The position numbers and the translations under genes were made by a program. From Prolixibacteraceae bacterium (GTDB lineage Bacteria; Bacteroidota; Bacteroidia; Bacteroidales; Prolixibacteraceae), in NCBI GenBank assembly GCA_035353575.1, contig DAOPZV010000001.1:5667-65466 (forward strand): 59,800 nucleotides of DNA, read 5' to 3'. Of the stretch, positions 37,954 through 49,490 are shown piece after piece. Each line of letters starts with the position of its first letter. The stretch's first letter is position 1. A model generated the notes under the pieces. It searched no databases, had not been told where the DNA came from, and saw only the letters and a program-made list of their open reading frames with translations.

Positions 37954-40900
37954 CTATTTCATCTTTTCGTTCCATCCCGAGCGGTCGGGTGGAGCAGGAG
38001 CATTGACTTTTTTCACAGGTTTCTCCTGAAGTTGTTTCAGCAAAACTTCGACTGCTTTCTCAATACACGGATCAATTCCTTTTGCCAATTGTTCCGGACG
38101 ATCAACAACCTCAATATCAGGACTTACTCCAGTTCCTTCAATGATCCAGTTCTCATTCTCGTCAAAAATTCCGAAGCGAGGTACTGCAATGTAACCGCCG
38201 TCAACCAGTCCGGCATTGCCCGACATGCCAACCAATCCGCCCCAGGTGCGGGTCCCGATTAATGTACCCAAACCTTTCTTGCGGAAATAATAAGGGAAAG
38301 CATCGCCGCCTGACGAAGAGTAACCATTGGTCAACATCACTTTCGGGCCATTGTGTGCCACTCCCGGCGTTTTCATTGGTGCCAGGCCATTGCGCTGCCA
38401 GTAACTGAGCGTTTTACGTTCGAGCAAACCAGTCATCACATCAGGAATAAAGCCACCGCCATTGTAACGATCGTCGATGATTAAAGCATCTTTTTCGTTG
38501 AATTCGTACATCCCGCGAAACAACTCACGATTCCCGTCAGCCGAAGTATTTGGCACATAAATATACCCGATTTTGCCTCCCGAAAGTTTATCAACCATAG
38601 CACGACGTTCGTTCACCCAATTCAGGTTAAAGAGCTCCAGTTCGCTGTTAATCGGGCGAATAGTAGAAGTTCGCGCGCCGACATCCGACGGAATTGAATT
38701 AACAGTTATTTCAACCGTTTTGCCAACCGTATTTTCGAGCAATTCGTAAGGATTCATTGCCAAAGTAACTGGTTTGCCGTTAATCGCGAGCAAATAATCG
38801 CCTGCTTTCACATTTACACCTTGCTCGGTTAAAGGCGAGCGGCGTGCGTCGTTCCAGTTTTCTCCATCGTAAATTTTGCCAATCTTATACTTTCCAGCCG
38901 CCTGATCAGCGACAAGTTCGGCTCCAAGCAAACCAGTATCAATTCGTTTTACCTTTTCAAAATCGCCCCAATCCACGTAACTGTGCCCGGTATTGGTTTC
39001 CGAAATAATTTCACCCAGGATATAATCCAAATCAGCTCGATGACTAACGTATTGTACCAATGGGCTGTACCGGTCGTGAATGGCCTTCCAGTCAACTCCG
39101 TGCATATTATTCACGTAGAAAAAGTCGCGAAAAATACGCCATCCGTCGGTGTAAATCTGATTCCATTCTTTGCGTGGATCAATCTTCATGGTAACATCGT
39201 CCAAATTCAGTCTTCCAGAGCCCGACTTTTGTCCCGGACTTACTTTTGCGATTCCCAGATCTCTGCCCGAACGATAAATCATCATTTTGCCATCAGCGCT
39301 AACTATAGCCTGCGAAACGCCGTCCATTACTTCTTCGTCTTTTTTATCTTCGATTGTGAATTTATGTAACGAACCATCCTCGATGTACAAAATTCCACCA
39401 TCAACAGCTACCAAATTATGGTATTCGCCCGACCTCATAGGGAAAGCTGTTATCCGCGAATTTATCCCATCGAAATCAATAGTTATCGATTTTGGCATTG
39501 CCACAGCAGGCTTTTCTTCGACTTTACCTTTTTTGTCCTTTTCTTTTGACGTTTCAGTAACAGGCTTCTCAGCTTCTTTAACTGGTTCGACGTCGTTCTT
39601 GTCCTTGAAAAGTTTTGGCGAATCGGCGGTTAAAGCAACTGCATAAATTCGAGCCGATTTGTTGTACAGGTAGTCGAATTCGAAACTGCTAAAATCAAGG
39701 TTAAAATCGCGATCAGAAATAAAATAAATATACTTGCCATCAACCGAAAAAACAGGCGCGCCATCATTGAAACGGTCATCAGTAAGTTGCTTATTTTCTG
39801 CCTTTTCGATATTGTACACCCAAACAGCACCTAATCCATTTTCGCCCTCCTTGTCGTAAGTAATCCATTTCGAATCCGAAGAGAATGAATACGACTGGAT
39901 TTCACTGCGGTCAGCATGAGTCACAATAGTTGTTTTTCCAGTCTGAACATCAAGCAGTTTAAGCTGAGAGGTTCGATCAAAATACAGCAAATACTTGCTG
40001 TCTGGCGACCACTCTGAATCATATTTCCATGCCGACGAACCAAATGTTAGTTGTTTTGGCTTTGCATCTTTCTTATTTTCAAGCAAGTATATTTCGTATT
40101 CTCCGGATGCATCCGAATAGTATGAAATATATTTCCCGTCAGGCGACCAGCGTGGGTAGATCTCACGAACGCCCTGAGTGTTTGTTAAATTGTAAGTTGG
40201 CCCGTTTTCGCCCGGAACTGAGAAAATATCGCCACGGGCAGATATCAGCGCGCGTTTACCAGTCGGAGAAATCTCGAAAGCCTGTATATTATCTTTTACA
40301 TTCTTGTAATACGGTATAATATTCGGGTTATCGAAATGAATATTCACTGTTACTTTCTCTTCTTTTCCTGAATTGAGGTCAAGTTTGTATAAAAAGCCGC
40401 CATTTTCATAAACCATCTGTCCGTTTTCTCCTGAAGGCCACATGCAATCAAAATCAGCATGTCGGGTCATCTGTTTCAGGGCTTTTGTGGCTGTATTATA
40501 CTGATAGATGTTGAGTTTCAGGTCGCGGTCGGATGCAAAATAAATGTTGTCGCCAGACCAAACCGGAAGCTGGTCTGTGCCCTTAAAATCGGTAATTTGT
40601 TCCGAAGTATTTTTCTCGAGGTCGTAAACCCACAAATCGGTTGCGCGACCACCTTTGTAGCGCTTCCATGTACGGAATTCGCGATCTACAGGTGTAAAAC
40701 AAATTTTTTTGTTGTCGGGCGATAGTGCTGCAAAACCTCCATTTACAATAGGAAGAGGCTTTTCAAATCCGCCATCGATACTAATCTCGTAATATTTTCC
40801 GTTTCTGTCGCCAAAAGGAGTGCGGTTGGCACGAAAAAGAATGTTTTTACTGTCCGAAGTCCAATCCAGAGGAACATCGTCGAATCCACCGCGAGGCGGC

Positions 40901-41244
40901 ATCAAACCTACTGAATTGTAAAAAGTAAGCTGTTTTGGTGTTCCTCCATTCGAAGACATAACAAAAATCTGGCGACTTCCCGAATATTCGCCAGAAAAAG
41001 CGATCCACTTACCATCCGGCGAAATTTTCGGGAAAAGCTCCATTCCAGGATGAGAAGTCAGGCGGCGCGCTTCACCACCGTTGGAATCGACGGTCCAAAT
41101 ATCGCCCGCATAAACAAAGGCAATTAGGTTTTTATTAATGTCGGGATAACGCATTAACCTGGCTTCATCCTGAGCGTTGGACTTCAATCCGAAGCCGAGC
41201 CCAAGCGCCGAAACTGCCAGTACTTTCAATGAGATTTTTTGCAT
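37954..41244 (-). CDS. Tricorn protease homolog (peptidase S41)
   Basis: 1096 aa; PD40-like propellers, PDZ region, DDRYNGGG, SSSGGDAFP and GTRTWGG. Confidence 0.93.
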   Translation of the reverse strand: MQKISLKVLAVSALGLGFGLKSNAQDEARLMRYPDINKNLIAFVYAGDIWTVDSNGGEARRLTSHPGMELFPKISPDGKWIAFSGEYSGSRQIFVMSSNGGTPKQLTFYNSVGLMPPRGGFDDVPLDWTSDSKNILFRANRTPFGDRNGKYYEISIDGGFEKPLPIVNGGFAALSPDNKKICFTPVDREFRTWKRYKGGRATDLWVYDLEKNTSEQITDFKGTDQLPVWSGDNIYFASDRDLKLNIYQYNTATKALKQMTRHADFDCMWPSGENGQMVYENGGFLYKLDLNSGKEEKVTVNIHFDNPNIIPYYKNVKDNIQAFEISPTGKRALISARGDIFSVPGENGPTYNLTNTQGVREIYPRWSPDGKYISYYSDASGEYEIYLLENKKDAKPKQLTFGSSAWKYDSEWSPDSKYLLYFDRTSQLKLLDVQTGKTTIVTHADRSEIQSYSFSSDSKWITYDKEGENGLGAVWVYNIEKAENKQLTDDRFNDGAPVFSVDGKYIYFISDRDFNLDFSSFEFDYLYNKSARIYAVALTADSPKLFKDKNDVEPVKEAEKPVTETSKEKDKKGKVEEKPAVAMPKSITIDFDGINSRITAFPMRSGEYHNLVAVDGGILYIEDGSLHKFTIEDKKDEEVMDGVSQAIVSADGKMMIYRSGRDLGIAKVSPGQKSGSGRLNLDDVTMKIDPRKEWNQIYTDGWRIFRDFFYVNNMHGVDWKAIHDRYSPLVQYVSHRADLDYILGEIISETNTGHSYVDWGDFEKVKRIDTGLLGAELVADQAAGKYKIGKIYDGENWNDARRSPLTEQGVNVKAGDYLLAINGKPVTLAMNPYELLENTVGKTVEITVNSIPSDVGARTSTIRPINSELELFNLNWVNERRAMVDKLSGGKIGYIYVPNTSADGNRELFRGMYEFNEKDALIIDDRYNGGGFIPDVMTGLLERKTLSYWQRNGLAPMKTPGVAHNGPKVMLTNGYSSSGGDAFPYYFRKKGLGTLIGTRTWGGLVGMSGNAGLVDGGYIAVPRFGIFDENENWIIEGTGVSPDIEVVDRPEQLAKGIDPCIEKAVEVLLKQLQEKPVKKVNAPAPPDRSGWNEKMK

Positions 41245-41393
41245 ATTTATTTTTTTTAGAAAAAAAACGTATTCTGTATAATAGGTTCAAAATTAAATCA
41301 GGAAATTACAAATGCACCTCGAAAACAAAAAAGAAAAAAAGCAGTTTTAAAAAATTGCGGAATGCGAGATCTAAAAGAGCGCCTGGCAGCCAA

Positions 41394-41441
41394 CCACAAA
41401 TTCTCAAATTTCCACAACTTCAAATTTTCAAATCACCAAAT
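41394..41441 (+). repeat. Degenerate 8-nt tandem repeat (6 units, nnnCAAAT)
   Basis: ccacaaat tctcaaat ttccacaa cttcaaat tttcaaat caccaaat, ending just before the cmk -7 box TATCTTTG (41447-41454). Confidence 0.75.
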
Positions 41442-41470
41442 CCCTTTATCTTTGTGCCAAACTTTGAAAA

Positions 41471-42163
41471 ATGACTCAACCCAAAATAATAATTGCCATC
41501 GACGGACATTCTTCATGTGGTAAAAGTACTATTGCAAAGGCAGTTGCCTCCGAATTTGGCTATGTTTTTATCGATAGTGGAGCAATGTATCGTGCAGTTA
41601 CCTTATTTGCTTTGAGGCAAAATTTAATCACTGATGGAAATGTTGATAAACAGAAGCTTATTGAATTCCTTCCTGAAATAAAAATTGAATTTCGCTTCAA
41701 TCCTGAGACGCAAAAAAGCGACACGTATCTGAATGGTGAGAATGTTGAAGACGAAATCCGACAACTGCCAGTTTCTCAAAATGTGAGCCCGGTTGCGACA
41801 ATTCCTGAAGTGAGGACTGCAATGGTACGCCAGCAGCAGGAAATGGGCAAAAATAAGGGAATTGTTATGGATGGGCGGGATATCGGAACTGTGGTTTTTC
41901 CTGAAGCCGAACTGAAATTGTTCGTTACAGCCTCTCCTGAAATACGAGCACAGCGCCGATTTGATGAATTGAAAGCCAAAGGTGAAGATGTTTCTTTTGA
42001 CGAAATATTACATAACGTTCAGGAAAGAGACAGAATTGATTCGACACGGGAAACCAGTCCATTAAAGAAAGCTGACGACGCCATTGTTTTGGACAACAGC
42101 AACATGACCCATGAAGAACAAATGAGATGGGTTATCGAAAAAGTTACAGCGAAAATAAGCTAA
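41471..42163 (+). CDS. cmk: Cytidylate kinase
   Basis: [21 protein letters not shown] and [13 protein letters not shown]. Confidence 0.97.
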   Translation: MTQPKIIIAIDGHSSCGKSTIAKAVASEFGYVFIDSGAMYRAVTLFALRQNLITDGNVDKQKLIEFLPEIKIEFRFNPETQKSDTYLNGENVEDEIRQLPVSQNVSPVATIPEVRTAMVRQQQEMGKNKGIVMDGRDIGTVVFPEAELKLFVTASPEIRAQRRFDELKAKGEDVSFDEILHNVQERDRIDSTRETSPLKKADDAIVLDNSNMTHEEQMRWVIEKVTAKIS

Positions 42164-42169
42164 AAACGA

Positions 42170-43027
42170 TTGTCTGTGATTGTTGAAATTGACAATAAAT
42201 CGGGATTTTGCTTCGGTGTAAAGAACGCCATCAATAAGGCGGAAGAAGCTCTGGGAAAAGGGGATATCCTTTATTCATTGGGGAGTATTGTGCACAACGA
42301 ACACGAAGTTGAACGACTGAACAACATTGGTTTAAAAACAATTAATCACGAAGAGTTTTTCAAGCTCAAAGATTGCAGAGTACTGATTCGCGCCCATGGA
42401 GAACCACCGGCTATATACGAATATGCTCGACTAAATAATATAACGATAATTGATGCCACTTGTCCGGTTGTTTTAAAACTGCAGCAAAGAGTTAAAAAAG
42501 CTGGAGAATCGATGCAAAAAGAAGATGGTCAAATTATTATCTTCGGACACGAAGGTCATGCTGAAGTTGTTGGTCTCGTGGGACAGATCGAGAGTTCGGC
42601 TATTGTTATTGAAAATCCAGAAGACATTGGCTCAATAGACTTTTCAAAACCAATCGAAATTTTTTCCCAGACCACAAAATCTGTTGAAGAATTCAGAAAG
42701 CTATCTGATGAAATCGTCAAGCAATCGGGCAAAAGGTTAGAGGCACACGATACCATTTGCCGACAAGTTTCAAATAGAGCGCCACATCTTGCCGATTTTG
42801 CCGGCAGGTTTGACCTTGTTGTATTTGTCGGCGGAAAACAAAGCTCAAATGCTCAGGTACTTTTCAACGTTTGTAAAAAGAAAAACGAACGGACTTTTTT
42901 CATTTCCGGTACGGATGAATTAAAAAATACCTGGTTTTCAGGAATAAACACGGTTGGTGTTTGTGGAGCGACCTCAACTCCGCAATGGTTGATGGAACAG
43001 GTTGCACGGAAAATTGAAGAGTTTTAA
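42170..43027 (+). CDS. ispH: 4-hydroxy-3-methylbut-2-enyl diphosphate reductase
   Basis: GFCFGV, IVHN, RAHG, DATCP, DTIC, SSN and GATSTP. Confidence 0.96.
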   Translation: MSVIVEIDNKSGFCFGVKNAINKAEEALGKGDILYSLGSIVHNEHEVERLNNIGLKTINHEEFFKLKDCRVLIRAHGEPPAIYEYARLNNITIIDATCPVVLKLQQRVKKAGESMQKEDGQIIIFGHEGHAEVVGLVGQIESSAIVIENPEDIGSIDFSKPIEIFSQTTKSVEEFRKLSDEIVKQSGKRLEAHDTICRQVSNRAPHLADFAGRFDLVVFVGGKQSSNAQVLFNVCKKKNERTFFISGTDELKNTWFSGINTVGVCGATSTPQWLMEQVARKIEEF

Positions 43028-43131
43028 TTCTTCATTAACCTTATTCTGCTTTTTAGCAGGCTTGCATGTTTAAATGAAATTCTTGGCTTACCTTTCGTTT
43101 GATTTTAGTTGAATCAATAAATGAATCTACT

Positions 43132-44151
43132 ATGACTGTTAAAGATACAAACTCAGAGCTCTCTCTTAAAAGAAAAAAACTACAGAAAATAGGAGTTTTA
43201 ACGTCGGGGGGCGATGCTCCCGGCATGAATGCTGCAATACGTTCGGTAACCAGGGCAGCGCTGGCCAACAAGCTTAAAGTCGTCGGAATCCGGCGCGGCT
43301 ACCAGGGTATGATTGAGGGCGATTTTATTTCGCTGAAATCTTCTGACGTCAGCGGTATTTTGCAATTAGGCGGAACCATGTTGAAAACAGCGCGCAGTTC
43401 AGAATTCAGGACAACGGAAGGCAGGGAAAAAGCTTATCAGCAACTTAAAAATGCCGAGATTGATGCTGTTGTTGTTATTGGCGGCGATGGCTCTTTTACC
43501 GGAGCTTTAGTCATGTCTCAGGAATACGATATTCCGTTTGTTGGAATTCCCGGAACGATTGATAACGACATGTACGGAACCGATTACACAATTGGCTACG
43601 ACACTGCACTCAACACCGTAGTTGAAGCTGTTGACAAAATTAAAGATACAGCCCGTTCTCACGGACGAATCTTCTTCGTTGAAGTAATGGGCCGTGAAGC
43701 TGGTTTGCTGGCGTTAAACGGCGGCATTGCCTGTGGCGCTGAAGTGATTTTGATTCCGGAATCGAACGAAATGCACGACGAATTGAAGCGGTTTATCAGC
43801 AAAGGTTATAAAAACAAGGAAACCAGTGGAATTGTGATGGTTGCAGAAGGTGATGAAGCTGGCGGCGCACTTAAAATAGCAGATCAGGTTCGCAAGGATC
43901 ATCCGGATTTGGACGTACGTGTTTCAATATTAGGGCATATCCAGCGAGGCGGACGACCAACAGCCAAAGACCGTGTAAATGCAACAAAAATGGGAGTTGC
44001 TGCAATCGATGCGTTACTCGACGATCAGAAAAGCATCATGATTGGGTTGAACAACGAAAAAATTGTTCATGTACCTTTTAACAAAGCTGTTAAGCTTAAT
44101 CACAGTATCGATACAAATTTGCTTGACATTCAAAAACTTCTAAACACTTGA
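43132..44151 (+). CDS. pfkA: ATP-dependent 6-phosphofructokinase
   Basis: LTSGGDAPGMNAAIR, IGGDGS, GTIDND, EVMGR and LGHIQRGG; exact start uncertain. Confidence 0.96.
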   Translation: MTVKDTNSELSLKRKKLQKIGVLTSGGDAPGMNAAIRSVTRAALANKLKVVGIRRGYQGMIEGDFISLKSSDVSGILQLGGTMLKTARSSEFRTTEGREKAYQQLKNAEIDAVVVIGGDGSFTGALVMSQEYDIPFVGIPGTIDNDMYGTDYTIGYDTALNTVVEAVDKIKDTARSHGRIFFVEVMGREAGLLALNGGIACGAEVILIPESNEMHDELKRFISKGYKNKETSGIVMVAEGDEAGGALKIADQVRKDHPDLDVRVSILGHIQRGGRPTAKDRVNATKMGVAAIDALLDDQKSIMIGLNNEKIVHVPFNKAVKLNHSIDTNLLDIQKLLNT

Positions 44152-44174
44152 TGAAGTTGAATTCTTATAAATGG

Positions 44175-44210
44175 AAAAGGCTTTCATAATCAAATATGAA
44201 AGCCTTTTTT
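44175..44210. terminator. Bidirectional terminator
   Basis: aaaaggctttcata-atcaaa-tatgaaagcctttt. Confidence 0.85.
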
Positions 44211-44269
44211 ATGTTTAAAATATAAATATCAGCCCCTTGGGAGACACCTATGTTTAAATATTGTATTCT

Positions 44270-44467
44270 TTATTCTTCATCAAATTGATCGTCAGCATAG
44301 TTTAAATTGAATTCATTGAGATTCTCATCTGAAAAATCATCGTAAATAGATAACCTTCGTTTGGACCCTTTGTCCTTGTGTGTTTTTAGGTTTTTAATAG
44401 AATCGCCATCTGCACTAAAAGGTTCGTTGCCTTTTTTTGTAATTTTCAGATTCTTGTTTGTTTTCAT
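44270..44467 (-). CDS. Small hypothetical protein (basic N-terminus, acidic C-terminus)
   Basis: 65-aa ATG ORF with an upstream -7 box TATATTTG (44561-44568, minus strand) and a downstream terminator. Confidence 0.55.
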   Translation of the reverse strand: MKTNKNLKITKKGNEPFSADGDSIKNLKTHKDKGSKRRLSIYDDFSDENLNEFNLNYADDQFDEE

Positions 44468-44737
44468 TTCTAAAATCTAAAAGTTTGATAATTAATGTTT
44501 TAAAAGTGAATAATTGTTGTTTTTATCTGTTTGTTAATCTATAAAAAAATTTTTTACTACCAAATATAGCATTTCAAAAAATTAATGTGCTGGCTTTTAA
44601 TAATATCTGACTATCTGATCATTACATTGCATTTTGAAAATATGTTATTAAATACGATCAAATCAACTCAAATGTTATTGAACAATTTAGAAAAAATAAA
44701 CTTAGCTTTAACTTCTTTTTAGTACGCTTTGTTTGCC

Positions 44738-46681
44738 ATGAAAATAGTTGAGCTATTCATATTCTTTTTAACAATTAATCTGGGACTGCTGGGACAAAGC
44801 AACGTGCCTTCAACCGATAAAAAAGTTCAAAAGTTATTTGAGCAAGCCGCTGATGCATATAACAGAAAGCAGACGATTAAAGCGCTGGAAATTCTGAATG
44901 ACATTGTAAAGACCGACTCTCTGTTTCTTAATGCATACCTTTTACAATCAGACATTTATCAGGATTTAGATTCTGTAAATTTGCAGATTAGATCATTTAA
45001 ATCTGCCTTAAGGATTGAGCCTGAAAAAAATGCAAAGCTTTATTATTTGCTGGGCAAAGCCTATTTCAGGAGAGGAATGTACCAAAAAGCCGACGAGGCT
45101 TACAATAATTACCTGAAGCGCGCCGAACCGAATAGTCCTTTTATATCCAAGGCAAAACTAGGAATTAGCAGATGTGCCGGAGCTGTTAAGCTACTTAAAA
45201 ATCCAGTACCTTTTCAGCTTGTCAATTTAGGTCCCAATATTAATTCTGAAGATGATGAATATTGGCCGAGCATTACAGTAGATGGCAAAACACTCATTTT
45301 CACCCGATTAGTTGGCTCAAGATCCAATAATTCAAATACACCATCGTTGAGCCAGGAAGACTTCTACACTTCGTCGCTGGTTGACGGAATTTGGCAACCG
45401 GCAATACCTCTCGCGAATATCAACACCGAATACAACGAAGGCGCACAAACAATATCAAGCGACGGAAAATTGTTATTTTTTGCCGCCTGCACAAGAAATG
45501 ACGGAAAGGGAAGCTGCGATATTTATTTCTCCAGAAAAAAAGGAGACGAATGGTCGTTGCCCCAAAACGCCGGAAGTCCGGTGAACTCTGCCGCCTGGGA
45601 GTCTCAACCTTCTATTTCGGCCAACGGCGAATACCTTTATTTTGTTAGCGCCCGTAAGGGAGGAAAAGGTGGAATGGACATTTGGAAATGTAAGCTTAAA
45701 GGATTTACCGACTGGGGAACGCCTCTTTGGGGAAAAGCGGTCAACTTAGGTGACTCAATAAACACACCGGGAAATGAAATGTCACCATTTATTCACTCCG
45801 ACGGCAAAACGCTGTATTTTGCCTCAGATTACTGGCCAGGACTCGGAGGATATGATATTTTTTACTCGCGCCAAAAGAACGATTCGATTTGGACAACACC
45901 GCAAAATATTGGCTATCCGATTAACTCATACAAAGACGAGCAAGGACTTGTTGTAGATGCAGCCGGAAAGAATGCATATTATTCATCAGATCGCCCTGGA
46001 TCAAAAGGCATGGATATCTACTCCTTTGAACTTTATTCAAACGCTCGCCCAACGCCGGTGTCATACATCAAAGGAAAAGTAATCGACGAAGAATCGGGTA
46101 AGCCGATTTGTGCCAAAGTTGAGCTTACTGATTTAGAGAACTCAAAATCAGTTATAAAAGGAGAGTCGTGTTGGGAAAAGGGGGAATTTCTGATGTGTCT
46201 TCCATTAGGAAAAGAATACGCTTTTAACGTCACCAAAGAAGGCTACATATTCTACTCAGAAAATTTTCAGCTAAAAGAAAAGAAGGAAATTATTGATCCA
46301 TACGTTCTCGAAATTAAAATGAAGAAAATCCAAGTTGGAGGAGGCGTTATTTTAAGAAACGTGTTTTTCAATACAGGTTCACACGACCTGCTTCCTGAAT
46401 CGATAGTTGAACTCGAAAAGCTAATCGAATTCCTAAAACAAAATCCAACATTAGTTATTGAAATAGAAGGACATACCGATAATATTGGAAGTGTTGAAAT
46501 GAATCAGAAATTATCAGAATCCCGAGCTAAGGAAGTATATGATTATCTGGTTTCTAAAGAAATAAATAGCAACAGAATGAAATATAAAGGGTATGGATTT
46601 ACCAAACCAGTTAGTTCAAATGATACTCCTGATGGCCGCTCGTTAAACAGAAGAACCGAATTTGTTATCATCAAGAAATAA
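44738..46681 (+). CDS. OmpA-family protein with TPR and PD40 repeats (PorE-like architecture)
   Basis: TPR-like N-terminus, repeated PD40 motifs (PSITVDGKTLIF, PSISANGEYLYF) and an OmpA C-terminal domain (IEGHTD...NQKLSESRA...NRRTEF). Confidence 0.9.
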   Translation: MKIVELFIFFLTINLGLLGQSNVPSTDKKVQKLFEQAADAYNRKQTIKALEILNDIVKTDSLFLNAYLLQSDIYQDLDSVNLQIRSFKSALRIEPEKNAKLYYLLGKAYFRRGMYQKADEAYNNYLKRAEPNSPFISKAKLGISRCAGAVKLLKNPVPFQLVNLGPNINSEDDEYWPSITVDGKTLIFTRLVGSRSNNSNTPSLSQEDFYTSSLVDGIWQPAIPLANINTEYNEGAQTISSDGKLLFFAACTRNDGKGSCDIYFSRKKGDEWSLPQNAGSPVNSAAWESQPSISANGEYLYFVSARKGGKGGMDIWKCKLKGFTDWGTPLWGKAVNLGDSINTPGNEMSPFIHSDGKTLYFASDYWPGLGGYDIFYSRQKNDSIWTTPQNIGYPINSYKDEQGLVVDAAGKNAYYSSDRPGSKGMDIYSFELYSNARPTPVSYIKGKVIDEESGKPICAKVELTDLENSKSVIKGESCWEKGEFLMCLPLGKEYAFNVTKEGYIFYSENFQLKEKKEIIDPYVLEIKMKKIQVGGGVILRNVFFNTGSHDLLPESIVELEKLIEFLKQNPTLVIEIEGHTDNIGSVEMNQKLSESRAKEVYDYLVSKEINSNRMKYKGYGFTKPVSSNDTPDGRSLNRRTEFVIIKK

Positions 46682-46691
46682 CAAAATCACT

Positions 46692-47093
46692 TCATTCTTT
46701 TATCTTGTCTTTTAATGATTCGACATACTTTTTATCGATTACAAGAATATGGTGATCAATCCAGGTTTTGAGGTAAAGCATCAGATCGAAACCAAGGCTA
46801 ATCCGCCCCATTTCTATGTCCGATTTCATTTCCTTCATTTTGATTATAAAATTCTCATGTTCAGCGATATGTTTGTCTGAATCAATATAGCTGAACTTGT
46901 GAAAATAAAATTCTTCGCGTTGAAAATGAAAAATGGTATAATTTTCCAGTTCTGGAATAATTTCTTTAAGCAAACATTCCAACTTTCCAGCTTTCAGCAG
47001 AGAATAAAGTTTATCTAAAATTCTAAAAATCTCTTTGTGCTGTTCGTCAATAGTTTGAATACCAACACTATACTTATCATCCCACTTAAACAT
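46692..47093 (-). CDS. Bacteriohemerythrin
   Basis: WDDKYSVGIQTIDEQH, HFQREE, HIAEH and WIDHHILVID. Confidence 0.92.
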   Translation of the reverse strand: MFKWDDKYSVGIQTIDEQHKEIFRILDKLYSLLKAGKLECLLKEIIPELENYTIFHFQREEFYFHKFSYIDSDKHIAEHENFIIKMKEMKSDIEMGRISLGFDLMLYLKTWIDHHILVIDKKYVESLKDKIKE

Positions 47094-47172
47094 TCTATTG
47101 GCTTTGGTTAATTTCGCCGCCTAAAATATTTAAATTATGACCACCTACCAAAAGAATTTAAAATAATTGATA

Positions 47173-48096
47173 TCAGATCTCAAAATACAAATTATCCAGA
47201 TTATAAGGAGTCTGCTGATACACATAATAATTCAACCAATTGGAAAACAACAGGTTTGCGTGTCCATGCCATAGCATCATTGGCTTTTTCGATGCATCGT
47301 TGTTCGGATAATAATTTCGCGGCATTTCAATTGGCAACTTCTTTTTTAAGTCGCGCTTATATTCTGTATCGAGCGTATTTCTGGAATATTCGGAATGACC
47401 TGTTATAAAAAACTGACGACCATTGTGAGTCATAACCATGTTAACCCCCGATTCTTCTGACTTTGAAATAATACTTAATTCATTGACTTTCAAAATATCC
47501 TCCTCACGTACTTCGGTGTGACGAGAGTGCGGAACAAAATATTCGTCGTCAAAACCCCTGAAAATCGGCAATGCTTCCAAATTCCTGTGTTTGAAGACCC
47601 CGAACATCTTTTTATCAAGAATGTACTTTGGAATGTTATAAAAATGGAATAATCCGGCCTGAGCAGCCCAGCAGATGAATAATGTAGAAGTGGCATGAAT
47701 TTTCGACCATTCGAATATTTCAACCAACTCGCTCCAATATGTAACTTCTTCAAAAGGAAGCATTTCAACGGGAGCACCGGTAATAATCATCCCGTCGTAG
47801 TTCTTCAGCTTAATTTCATCGAATGTTTTATAAAAGGCTTTCATGTGTTCTTCCGGAGTATTTTTCGACTCGTGACCTTTCATCCGAAGAAATTCAACTT
47901 CGACCTGCAACGGGCTGTTTGATAATAAGCGGATCAAATCGGTTTCCGTAGTTATTTTTATTGGCATCAGGTTAAGAATGACAATCTTTAAAGGTCGAAT
48001 GTCTTGCTGCGTAGCACGCGACTCGTCCATAATAAAAATATTTTCTTTCTGCAGAAGCTCTATTGCAGGCAATTGATCAGGTACGTTAATTGGCAT
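47173..48096 (-). CDS. metA: Homoserine O-acyltransferase, MetA family (likely acetyltransferase)
   Basis: ILNLMP, catalytic ICWAAQA, PHSRH and GHSEY. It has TGAPVE, with Glu at the position where succinyl-specific E. coli MetA has Gly. Confidence 0.95.
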   Translation of the reverse strand: MPINVPDQLPAIELLQKENIFIMDESRATQQDIRPLKIVILNLMPIKITTETDLIRLLSNSPLQVEVEFLRMKGHESKNTPEEHMKAFYKTFDEIKLKNYDGMIITGAPVEMLPFEEVTYWSELVEIFEWSKIHATSTLFICWAAQAGLFHFYNIPKYILDKKMFGVFKHRNLEALPIFRGFDDEYFVPHSRHTEVREEDILKVNELSIISKSEESGVNMVMTHNGRQFFITGHSEYSRNTLDTEYKRDLKKKLPIEMPRNYYPNNDASKKPMMLWHGHANLLFSNWLNYYVYQQTPYNLDNLYFEI

Positions 48097-48120
48097 AATA
48101 TCAGATATTTAAATGAATTT

Positions 48121-48157
48121 TATTCCTGAATTTCAAATGACTGGAAATTCAGGAATA
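48121..48157. other. Perfect 14-bp inverted repeat between metY and metA
   Basis: tattcctgaatttc-N9-gaaattcaggaata; no U-tract on the sense (minus) strand. Confidence 0.7.
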
Positions 48158-48167
48158 GGAAATGAAA

Positions 48168-49478
<1,311 letters not shown>

Positions 49479-49490
49479 TTATTTAAAGGA

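Noticed and set aside
41229-41474. 81-aa ORF upstream of cmk
   Set aside because: Its periodic C-terminus is just the translation of the octamer repeat, and it spans the divergent promoter region.
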